Source of the DNA: Macrostomum lignano
Lineage: Eukaryota
DNA: 64,000 nt
Direction of reading: 5' to 3'
Assembly (NCBI GenBank): GCA_002269645.1
Contig: NIVC01000056.1
Coordinates: 372,001-436,000, forward strand
Shown here: piece by piece, positions 39,758 to 50,219 of the stretch
Position numbering within the stretch: the first letter of the stretch is position 1
Layout: each line of letters begins with the position of its first letter
Made by a program: the position numbers and the translations under genes
Notes under the pieces: generated by a model
Seen by the model: only the letters and a program-made list of their open reading frames with translations
Databases searched by the model: none
What the model was told of the DNA's origin: nothing

Positions 39758-40575
39758 GATTCCAGCATGAGGAATCAGGGATAGGGGATTAGGAATAGTG
39801 GATTCGGATTCCAGCATGAGGAATCAGGGATAGGGGATTAGGAATAGTGGATTCGGATTCCAGCATGAGGAATCAGGGATAGGGGATTAAGAATCGGGGA
39901 TTCGGATTCCAACATTAGGAATCAGGGATAGGGAATTAAGAATCGGGGATTGAGTTTAAAAAAAATGAGCTTCTCTCGGTTCTATGAAAGCTGGCAGTCT
40001 TTCAAAAATTTAGAAAAAGGTGCCATAAGCTCCTCTCTGCCTTATGAATTATGATAGCCGACCCAGTCTTTCAAGTTTCTCGCAGAAGGCGCCATATGCC
40101 CTATCTGGGAAAGGGAATTAAGAATCGGGGATTCGGATTCCAACATGAGGAATCTGGGAAAGGGAATTAAGAATCGGGGATTCGGATTCCAAAATGAGGA
40201 ATCTGGGAAAGGGAATTAAGAATCGGGGATTCGGATTCCAACATGAGGAATCTGGGAAAGGGAATTAAGAATCGGGGATTCGGATTCCAACATGAGGAAT
40301 CTGGGATAGGGAATTAAGAATCGGGGATTCGGATTCCAAAATGAGGAATCTGGGAAAGGGAATTAAGAATCGGGGATTCGGATTCCAACATGAGGAATCT
40401 GGGAAAGGGAATTAAGAATCGGGGATTCGGATTCCAACATGAGGAATCTGGGATAGGGAATTAAGAATCGGGGATTCGGATTCCAGCATGAGGAATCAGG
40501 GATAGGGAATTAAGAATCAGGGATTCGGATTCCACATGAGGAATCAGAGATCGGGCATTAAGAATCGGGGATTGA
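39758..40575. repeat. 49-bp minisatellite in two blocks
   Basis: GATTCGGATTCCAACATGAGGAATCTGGGAAAGGGAATTAAGAATCGGG units; both blocks end in the same ~50-bp non-repeat tail. Confidence 0.9.
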
Positions 40576-40614
40576 GATTAAAAATGAGCTTCTCTCGGTT
40601 CTATGATAGCTGGC

Positions 40615-41065
40615 CTAAATCAGCGCCAGGATCCCTAAATCAGCGCCAGGATCCCTAAATCAGCGCCAGGATCCCTAAATCAGCGCCAGGATCCCTAAAT
40701 CAGCGCCAGGATCCCTAAATCAGCGCCAGGATCCCTAAATCAGCGCCAGGATCCCTAAATCAGCGCCAGGATCCCTAAATCAGCGCCAGGATCCCTAAAT
40801 CAGCGCCAGGATCCCTAAATCAGCGCCAGGATCCCTAAATCAGCGCCAGGATCCCTAAATCAGCGCCAGGATCCCTAAATCAGCGCCAGGATCCCTAAAT
40901 CAGCGCCAGGATCCCTAAATCAGCGCCAGGATCCCTAAATCAGCGCCAGGATCCCTAAATCAGCGCCAGGATCCCTAAATCAGCGCCAGGATCCCTAAAT
41001 CAGCGCCAGGATCCCTAAATCAGCGCCAGGATCCCTAAATCAGCGCCAGGATCCCTAAATCAACG
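40615..41065. repeat. 20-bp minisatellite (CTAAATCAGCGCCAGGATCC)n
   Basis: About 22 perfect copies followed by degenerate units. Confidence 0.97.
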
Positions 41066-41460
41066 CCAAAGGGGCCAAACCAGCGCTGGAAAGCTGAAAT
41101 CGGCGCTGAAAAGCTCAAATTGGCGCGGGAAGGCTTGAATTGGCGCCGGAAGCCAAATTTGGCGCCAGGATCCCCAAATCAGCGCTGGAATGTGCCAATG
41201 GGCGCAGAAGTGGCAGCATACATCAGCCTGCTACTTTCTGGCGCCAATTTCAATATTGCTGCGCCAATTTCAGCCTTTGGGCATGGGCACATTTTAGCGC
41301 CCTGGCAAGGCCAATGCAATTAGCGCTCACGCAATGCCAATGGAGCCGAAAATGTTTTTTTCTTTTTTTGAATTAGTGCAATCTATCTTGCCAACCAATG
41401 CGAGTCAAGTTCTGGCGTCTGCTTCTCCACAGCCCCACAATGGCATATCCCAAACATTGT

Positions 41461-41550
41461 GGGCTGGCCCGCGCTAAGGAAGCCCACCCCACCGTGGGGC
41501 GGGCTAACGGGCTATTTTTAGCGTGGGATGGGCTCCGCTAACGGGCGGCC
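41461..41550 (-). mobile_element. ~90-bp palindromic element (right copy of the inverted pair)
   Basis: Reverse complement aligns with 39539-39633 (shared CCATCCCACGCTAAAAATAGCCCGTTA). Confidence 0.6.
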
Positions 41551-41799
41551 ATAAACTGAGAGAAAGAACACTCTCATAACCGCGTACTCTCAGAACCCGC
41601 ATTGCTGGGGCAAGAAAATGTACAGCTGTCCGTGAGTGTATAATGTATGACTGAAGAAGACAAGTGTTCGGAACCTCTTTCCCCCCGCTACTATCGATTC
41701 CCTCCCTTCTCTTGTCCTCTCTTTTTCGTCTCGCTACCCCACCCCGTCTCCTGTGCATTTAACAACAGACCGTACTTGCTCCATAATCCATAGAAGTGT

Positions 41800-43506
41800 A
41801 TGCTTTCAACGCAGACGAAGTTAAAACAGAACGCGTATCAAACAGTAAGAACACACGGTCTCGTCATGGCGTTGGCCTTTCATCTCGCTTTTCTGCTCGT
41901 CTTCTCAACGGGTCCTCTTACTGAAGCGTTCAACTGTCCCAGTGAACAAGGCAAGTACAAATGCCGGTGCGTCAACGCTACAAAACTGGTTGACTGTGCC
42001 AATCTGAAGTTAAATGGCACACCTTCTGACCTGCCAGTCGATGTAGTTTATCTCGACCTGAGCAACAACTTAATAAGTGACCTTGGTGGCTTAGTGGATC
42101 TGACGAATCTGAAGACTTTGCAGCTGAGTAACAATCATATTAGCACCTGGAACAGCTCATGGCTAACCGGTATGCCGTTGCTAGAAGAGCTCACGTTATC
42201 GCAGAACCAACTGAAGAAGCCTCCGGACCTGCTCTGCAGCCAGCTGCCTGCTTTGAAGCATCTGCATCTGGGCAGTAACCAGCTATCCAGCAAATTTCCG
42301 GAAGACTACAGTCACTGTCTAAAGCTCAGCCGACTGACCCTGTCGAATAATCCGTACGAATCGATCGATAACTCAACCCTATGCAGCCTCGCCGGTCTAC
42401 CTGAGCATGAAGTTGCAAAACCGCCACATCCGCAGCTGCTTTCGCTCAAACTAAACCAACTAAAGCTGAAAAGTGCTCAGCCCGGATCTTTGGCCTGCTT
42501 GTCCCACCGTCTGCAGTCGCTGGACCTGGGCCAGAACTCGCTGCCGCAGCCCGTTCTGGAGGGTCTCGTCGGCGGCTCGTGTCTATCGCTGCTGGCAACG
42601 CTGAATCTGCGACACTCCCGCCAGCTGGGGGCGGTTAGCACAGCTCTTTTAAACTGCTCCAAATCACTGCAGGTTCTCATGCTGGATGCAAGTTCAAATT
42701 TCATCGAGCTGCACACGGAAGCCTTGGCTCTGGCTCCGAATTTGCGCCTTCTTTACCTGAATAGAACGGGAATTCGGGGCTGGACTGGAAACTGTCTCAA
42801 CCAGCTGCGGCAACTGCACGCGCTGGACCTCAGCTTCACCCCGATTACCACGGTTGGCGGTCGCAATGGCTCAGACACTAATCCGTTGCGTCTATTGACT
42901 GACAGCAAGAACTTCAAACAACTCAGCCTGACAAACGCTTCGCTTGAATGCGACTGCTCACTCTATTGGCTTTGGCAGCTGCTGCGCGACAGCCCGGCAG
43001 TCCGGGCGAAAATCGTTGGCGGAGCCGACAGCTTGACTTGCACTGGTCCGCCACTCGCCCTTGGCGCCCGCCTGACTCAGTTCGATGGCCTCTCTGAATG
43101 TGTCGGATTTTTCACTCGCCGGAATGTGATCATCTTGGCCAGCTGCGGCGCCGGCTTAGTATTGATTTCTGTCGTGTTTGGCATCGCCGTCGCTTTTGTT
43201 AAAAGACGCCGTCGTCAGGCATCGGCACTCAGCGCCGGGGCGCCATCGCAGGAGCCTCCTCAGCTGGTATTCTCCGGCGCCAGCAGTGCGGCTAGCAGCG
43301 TCGACGATCTGCGCGACCCGCTGGTGTCTCCAAATATTGGAAGACGCGGCGGCGCCCGGCAAGAGTCGATTTGGATTCGGCTGAGGCGGTTTCTGCGCGA
43401 GAGACGCGACGCATCTTCCCTGCCTGGGGAGGTTCGCAGGCCGCCAATTTTCGACCCACGCCCGCCACCAGAGGACTACCTGAACGCTGATGGCGAGGAC
43501 GCCTGA
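41800..43506 (+). CDS. Leucine-rich-repeat single-pass transmembrane protein (LRRNT-LRRs-LRRCT-TM), intronless
   Basis: 568-aa ORF (alternative start Met at 41866). Signal-like hydrophobic stretch; CPS..CRC...VDC LRRNT; repeated LxLxxNxI/L; LECDCSLYWL...C..P...C LRRCT; TM VIILASCGAGLVLISVVFGIAVAFV followed by KRRRR. Confidence 0.92.
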   Translation: MLSTQTKLKQNAYQTVRTHGLVMALAFHLAFLLVFSTGPLTEAFNCPSEQGKYKCRCVNATKLVDCANLKLNGTPSDLPVDVVYLDLSNNLISDLGGLVDLTNLKTLQLSNNHISTWNSSWLTGMPLLEELTLSQNQLKKPPDLLCSQLPALKHLHLGSNQLSSKFPEDYSHCLKLSRLTLSNNPYESIDNSTLCSLAGLPEHEVAKPPHPQLLSLKLNQLKLKSAQPGSLACLSHRLQSLDLGQNSLPQPVLEGLVGGSCLSLLATLNLRHSRQLGAVSTALLNCSKSLQVLMLDASSNFIELHTEALALAPNLRLLYLNRTGIRGWTGNCLNQLRQLHALDLSFTPITTVGGRNGSDTNPLRLLTDSKNFKQLSLTNASLECDCSLYWLWQLLRDSPAVRAKIVGGADSLTCTGPPLALGARLTQFDGLSECVGFFTRRNVIILASCGAGLVLISVVFGIAVAFVKRRRRQASALSAGAPSQEPPQLVFSGASSAASSVDDLRDPLVSPNIGRRGGARQESIWIRLRRFLRERRDASSLPGEVRRPPIFDPRPPPEDYLNADGEDA

Positions 43507-43816
43507 GCGAATCCGATCGACCGAATTCAGAGATACGATGTATTAAACGTTCGCGCGTTACTACTGACTTAGGAGTACTTGTAGTGGCAGTTGAAAGTAT
43601 GAAAATCTTGCTATTTTGTGCATGACCAATTTATTCCTTTTTTCGGGGAGTTCCTGTTGATTTTTGGTACTGGTGAGCCTTTGTTAAACCTTTACTGTGT
43701 AACAAATTCAAAGAAAAATGTTTTTATGAAAAAAAGCTTCACAATTGTCTGTCTTTTGTGATTTTTTTTACTACTTTTCAATCTTCTTTAGCAATGGTAC
43801 TAGGTTAGGAGTTTTG

Positions 43817-43967
43817 GTCAGTCAGTCAGTCAGTCAGTCAGTCAGTCAGTCAGTCAGTCAGTCAGTCAGTCAGTCAGTCAGTCAGTCAGTCAGTCAGTCA
43901 GTCAGTCAGTCAGTCAGTCAGTCAGTCAGTCAGTCAGTCAGTCAGTCAGTCAGTCAGTCAGTCAGTC
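43817..43967. repeat. (GTCA)n microsatellite
   Basis: Perfect tetranucleotide run. Confidence 0.99.
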
Positions 43968-44269
43968 TATTCACCTTCTATCACCTTCTTCTATTCACCT
44001 CATCATATTTTGCCACACCGGAGAAACCTGTCGGCCCTGCAGGCGACTCCCCAGAGTGTCTGAATAATTTTAAATAGCCAGCCCTGGGCTAGAGGGAAGA
44101 GTTCGCGATCGGCATTAATCATGAAACGGTTATTGGTACCGGCAGAATGAGGCGTGACAGCTCATTGTAACCCATACGCTGCATGTATTTAAACAAGCTT
44201 TTATGCGGATGATTCTTCCATGCAAATTGTGGCCTGGAAAATTAATGTAGTGTTTTTTATAAATACCAC

Positions 44270-44822
44270 CGCTTGGATCATTTACCGGCCTAAGAGACAG
44301 GGGCGCTCACCAAGACACAGGAGCGCTTACCAAGACACAGGAGCGCTTACCAAGACACAGGGACGCTCACCAAGACACAGTGGCGCTTACCAAGACACAG
44401 GGACGCTCACCAAGACACAGTGGCGCTTACCAAGACACAGGGGCGCTCACCAAGACACAGGGGCGCTCACCAAGACACAGGGGCGCTCACAAAGACACTG
44501 TGGCGCTTACCAAGACACAGGGGCGCTCACCAAGACACTGTGGTGCTTACCAAGACACAGGGGCGCTCACCAAGACACAGGGGCGCTCACCAAGACACAG
44601 GGGCGCTTACCAAGACACAGGGGCGCTTACCAAGACACAGGGACGCTCACCAAGACACTGTGGTGCTTACCAAGACACTGTGGTGCTTACCAAGACACAG
44701 GGGCGCTCACCAAGACACAGGGGCGCTCACCAAGACACAGGGGCGCTTACCAAGACACAGGGACGCTCACCAAGACACTGTGGCGCTTACCAAGACACAG
44801 GAGCGCTCACCAAGACAACAGG
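44270..44822. repeat. 20-bp minisatellite (GGGCGCTCACCAAGACACAG)n
   Basis: About 27 variant copies. Confidence 0.95.
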
Positions 44823-44949
44823 GGCGCCGCTCACCAAAACTCACCAGGGCGCTCTCTTCTTCGACACTCTGGGCTAAAAATATTCATTATATCTACACAT
44901 GTACGAGCGTATAAAAAACCAAAACTTTGTGTGTGTTTGTGTCGAAAGT

Positions 44950-45068
44950 TAAGTTGTGCAGAGTTAAGTGTCTTGCTCAAGGACACAAATTGTTCCGGTG
45001 GGATCGGGAATCGAACCCCACCCTTTAAGTTGTGAGTCCGACGCTCTAACCACTATGCTGCAACCCCC
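44950..45068 (-). mobile_element. Truncated CORE-like SINE (copy 2)
   Basis: Reverse strand reads GGGGTTGCAGCATAGTGGTTAGAGCG...GGTTCGATTCCCGATCCC...TGTGTCCTTGAGCAAGACACTTAAC, then diverges. Confidence 0.85.
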
Positions 45069-46039
45069 TTCCTAGAATCACTTAGAATGGCTTCAAATGA
45101 AGAAATTGAAGTTAAGCTTGAACGGACAAGGAATTTAAGCCCACCTCGGGCATCTGAATAGCGATCGGTGAAATTCTATTTGAAAATTGTTATAATTAGT
45201 TTTACTGACTGACGCCTTGTGATGTCGATATTCACAGAGGTTTAATAGTTCGCTTATTGTGTAAAAGTTCATGTACGTAGAATAAATATACAGTTAAGAT
45301 ATGCATAAAGCAGATTACAATAAAATTTCATAAAAATCGATTTTAGGAATTTAGGATTGAATGGTGCAAGTTTGAAGAATAACGGTTGAGCGGCTTTTTC
45401 TGAAATCTACATGTATCACATATACGAATATATAGACTGACAACTCATTTTTAGTGTATAGAAATTCATGCATCGATAAAAATAGTGACTTAGCATACAG
45501 CAACAATACTGTTATAAATATTGAATTCAGAATTGGCCTGAGCAGCGGCCACTTGCCTAAACAGGAATCCTTTATACTAAAAAATGACTATTAGAATCAA
45601 CAAAATCCAAAAGCAATTGCTCAATAAAAAGCGTATCATCCTCCAGACTTCAAGATTACTCGTGACCGTAGGTGCAGCCGTTGTACCACCAACAAGCGCC
45701 GCTCCTTAGTTGCGAGCAAGCAGTACGAGCGTATTCAATCCAAGTCAAACGTCGAGAACTGACGATTATTATTTTAGCTCAATGAGTCACCGGAGGTGTT
45801 GGAGCTGCTAGCCAGGTAGCTACCGACGCTCAGCTGGAGTACTCGAACACGTACAGGTAGCCGTCGTGATGGTTCCAGGCCTCCATGCGGAACAGGCGGG
45901 GAGTGGCGCCAGTTATGCTGTTAAACGAATTCAGACCTAAAATTTTTCAGCAATTTCATGTGTCAGACGTAAAAAAGGTCTCTTACTGCGAAGACTCAAT
46001 TTATTACATGTATATTTAAACGCCCCGGCGTTTAAATAT

Positions 46040-46345
46040 TGCCGTCGCCTCCCGGCCTCGCAGTCAGCTCTACTGGCTGTGCAGGCCAAAGCAATTCAAC
46101 GGAGGGCCGCGCGAGAGCTGCGGCTGCCAGGTGCGGCACACTGGAGACGAAGCGAAGAAGGCCCCAGCTCCAGCGAGCTCCAGCGCAGGGACCGCCCCTC
46201 CCCCTCGCCCACCGTCCGGGTGGCGCCGGGGACCGTGAGGCCCAGCAAAACCGGGCCCCAGCCCTACCAAAGTGCGCGCAACAGCTCAGGGTCGTGACTT
46301 CGAACTGTCGGACCCTGCTGGCCAAGTGGAGGCGACACCTGCTGG
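46040..46345 (+). mobile_element. Possible 5' fragment of a LINE (start of the AP-endonuclease domain)
   Basis: LRVVTSNCRTLLAKWRRHLLV resembles the l.i.t.N.rtL start of APE domains; truncated immediately after. Confidence 0.35.
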
Positions 46346-47689
46346 TGCAGCCCGCAGACGGCCTGCAGCCGTTGAAGTTGACGGTTGAAGTAGCTAAATA
46401 TACGACCGTCTGTAGAATGATGAAACTGAATGTCAGCTTGCCGAAATAGTTTTATTAAAATTATAGGTTGCGCGCCTGTCGAGTTAAGCGGCTAAATATG
46501 TTTGCTTGCGCCTCCTTTTGATTTCAATTAGCCTTTCAACTTCACTGGCTTTACTGTTCAATCGAAAGTTTAGAACACAAGTTTTTGTTCGAACGATAGT
46601 TGTTAGGCAGCCAGTTTGCTCGCTCGCAAGTTGGCCCATTTCTACTTTTCCGCACTTATATTTATACAACAAAATTTGCCTCAGTCAGCGTTATTTCAAA
46701 CCAATAGCAATTGTAGCAAAAGAGTTCTAGATCAACGCAATTGCAAGAAAGTCTGGGAATTATTTTTTTGGTGCGAAAGTTTGGATGCCTGCGTGCCAGT
46801 TTCATGTGAACAGCGAAATCGGACACCGCCGTTGTGCGTCATTCGGCGGCTCCACCAGTGTTGCAGCTGTATCGATGTCGCAGATCTTGGGCGCTGATCT
46901 CAGCAGTTTTCGTGAGAACCAGACGTTCAGGCGTTCTTAGTGCAAGCCAAGTTCAGCCGGCTAAACTTTTCTAACTTTCACTTGTGCAAACAATTGAGCG
47001 TTGGGAAGCACAATGAACTCCTGCTGAACTGGTCTTGCTGTCCTGAGCCGATCGGCTGATTGTTGCGTACTGCTGAGATCGCTGATGCTGCTGCTGCTGA
47101 TGGTGCGAGCCGAGCTACGTTGGGTGTCTTAGACAAAGGCTAGCGTCCGCAACGTTGGGGCCCACTTCATAACTTTGGTCCCCTCGCTCCAGGCTCACAT
47201 TGGGTCCTCTCGTTGCCGTCCAGCCTCGCCAGGTGACTCGACCAGGTGACACGACCAGGTGACCTAGCCTATCTCCGTTCCTAGACTTATGAGCATTTTC
47301 TTATGGCTCATAAAAATTGCCGTTCTGGAACTTCCTGCCGTACTAGCGCCATTGGCGGTTGCAATCCTTGTAATTCCTTCATCCATGGCTCTACATTTCT
47401 CCTTCACTTGGCCGCTCCATAGACACTGGGCGACATTTAAAAAGTTTCAAAGGATTTATTTAAATTTCTTTGCAAGTTTTAACCGATTAATTTAACGATT
47501 TAAAGTCAAGCAAGCAAGCAAAGTCACTGGAAACAGGAAGCGTGACGTCCGCAAACTTGGGGCATCAGCAGGCAACACACGAGCTGAGCGAGCAGATGAT
47601 AAGAGAAACTCCAACTCTATGCCAGCCACTTTACTGAGTCTTTCTCTTTCTGTCTGTTTCCCATGGATGAATAATGGCATGAAAGTACG

Positions 47690-48690
47690 AGTATTGTGAT
47701 CCCGTCCGTCGCGACCTTATCAACGTCCACAGCGACACGGGCGATGAGGATAGTCGCCCCTCCACTTTCAACATCAGGAGGGGCTTCCAGGCCGCCATCC
47801 CTGGTCGTGACAGCATTCCGCGGGATTTCGGTGTGAACCACTGCTTCACTGACGGCTCGCTATTTAACGGCCACGCTGGAGCAGGTATTGCTAGCTTCCA
47901 AGAAGGTAAGATGCTCTTTCCGGAAAGTCTGCACCTCGGTGAGAATACCTCGGTTTTCCAAGCCGAAATCTGCGCCATTGAGCAGTGTGCCCAGCACCTG
48001 TCCAGGCGAAAGTTGGGAATTTCAATATCCATTTTTACACTGATAGCCAAACCACTGTCAAGGCTTTAACCACCGAAAAAGTTCCTCTGCCGCAGTGTGC
48101 GATCTCTCTGTTTTTAATAGGATTAGAATCGCCTGACACCCGGTCACAGCAACATCCTGGGTAACGAACTCGCGGATTCTCTCGCCAAGGAGGGGCAGCA
48201 ACCCAGACGGCAACCACCGTCTGATGAGGCCTAGACCTAGGTTGAAAATAACCTGAAAATCAATTACAGGTGGCTTCACTAGCAGCACCAGCTCCACTGG
48301 AAAATTTGCACCGACTACAGGTACACAGGAGCTCACTTAAAATAATCGACCTCAGGGAGCTGTGCATGGTCATAACCGGCCATGTATTCTTCCAGAGACA
48401 TATCTCGTTGCAAACCGATTGCCATAGGAGAGCATAGAAGAGGAGACTGCAGAGCATCGCGTCACCTTCTGCCCGTTACTTCAATAAGGCACGGCACAAA
48501 CATTCGTGCGAGCTGACCAGCCCGGAAAACATCCTTGACCTTCGCGTTTTCATTCGAGATACCGACTGGATGAGGGTCGCCGACGCCTCCTCTGCGAACC
48601 TGCCCACTACGGGTTAATCCTTGCTCTCTTTTACTTTGGGGTTGCGATAAGGGCCTCGCGACCTGGCCTAATCGCTGTGCTTGCGTCCCC
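47690..48690 (+). mobile_element. 3' part of an RNase H-bearing non-LTR retrotransposon (I/R1/Loa group), decayed
   Basis: CFTDGS (47842-47859), [39 protein letters not shown], then ITGH and an ET.EH...CP zinc-knuckle remnant across frameshifts. Confidence 0.9.
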
Positions 48691-48998
48691 GCCAGTAGTA
48701 ATGTCGTGCCGTGAAGTTGGCATAAAGAAATTCAAGGTTTATTTTAACTGGCAAGTAGCCTATTTAATAATGACACGAGCAGGGGCTGAGAGAACACCGA
48801 AATAGAATCACGTGATCATAATTAACTACGTACAAGTGCATGGAAGCTTAGGCCAGGGGTATGGCCAGTCAGCGCAAACGGAGAGGAATGGCGTGCACGT
48901 ACGATGCACGTACATAACATAAGTTAGTCAGTGCCTAGAGCTCAGCGCTCCGGCACCACAAGTAAGTGAGTGTTGGGATCTAGTTTATTGGCTCGTAC

Positions 48999-49298
48999 TG
49001 TACTTTAGCCGCCCCCAATGATGGTTTTTCTTCCCCCAATGATGGTCACCTATCCCCCTGGGCTTCTACCTTTTGTGTTCAGCGTGGCTGCAGTCAATCT
49101 CTTTCTCTCTCTCTTCTCTCTCTTCTTTCCTTTCCTCACTGCTCTCTCATTTCTCTTATCATTTCTCTTAGCTTGTCTCCCTTTGCTCTCTTAGCTTGTA
49201 TTTAAGCTTCTTCTCCTTCTTCTTCTTACTCCCCCCGCTCCTGCCACTCCAAGCCGAATAAACTGAAATCCGTAAGTTTGAGGCCGTTTTGAGCTACA
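48999..49298 (+). mobile_element. Possible short solo LTR
   Basis: TGTA...TACA ends, AATAAA at 49257, CT-rich interior; flanks CGTAC / AGTAC match at 4 of 5 positions only. Confidence 0.3.
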
Positions 49299-50219
49299 AG
49301 TACAGAGTGTTAGTGCAAGTGTCAAGTGTAGGGCCTCCCTTTTCCTTTGGATAGGATCTGTGGACCGATTCCGATACCCATAAAGGATTATCGATTGATT
49401 AATTTTGGTATCCTAGAGTAACCGATAGAGGCGTACGACTCCGATTCCGTCATTTCTAGAATAAGACGCCCTTTCTGGAGCACTTCATTATTGTTATGTA
49501 GAGTTGACTTTGTTATTAGGGCGCATCTCTGATTTCTGCACTCGAGGAATACTTCGACGTCGATGGATTAAATTGTTAACGCTCTCACATTCGGCCGATT
49601 TTAGAATTCGAGAAGACTACTCCGGAGGAAGACTCCATAGAAGACTACTAGCTCTACGAACCTGCCCGACTAAGAAGAGGAGCCCGCACCAGTAAGTGAT
49701 TACTGAATTTTGTTCCCAGGCTTGAGGTCCGGAAGTGGAAGTTCAAGCGTTTAGATACTAAAATTAATTCTCTCTCTCTTCTCTTTCTCTCTCTCTTTCC
49801 TCCTCTCTCTCTCTAGTGTGCTAAAGCGAACTCTTCACATGTGCGTTTGATGCGACCCTGGTTGCCGGCCTACTGCCAACGCGTTAGTGCGACAGTGCTC
49901 ATATAGACACAAGAGCGCCATAGAAATTTCTCTCTCTCTCTCTCTCTGCTTGTGGCCAAGCCTGCCCCGATGAGCGTAGATCGGCTTGCACTAAGGAGGA
50001 TGAGGGTGTGCTGGTGCTGGTTAGTCCTGCAATTTGTGTACGCAAATACGCAGCTTTCCGGAAATAGGAGAGAAAATTGGCCACCCAGCTTGTACTCGAG
50101 GCTGAGTATTAATTACTCCAAAGTATTCAAAAGTAGCAAGGCTAAAAAATTTGCAGACGAATCGACCAGCCAACTCGTACTGCAGACTAAAAGGTGCACT
50201 TCAAACGAGACTGCGCTCC

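Noticed and set aside
44220-45035. 271-aa repeat protein ORF
   Set aside because: It spans a 20-bp minisatellite (unit not a multiple of three) and runs into an antisense SINE.
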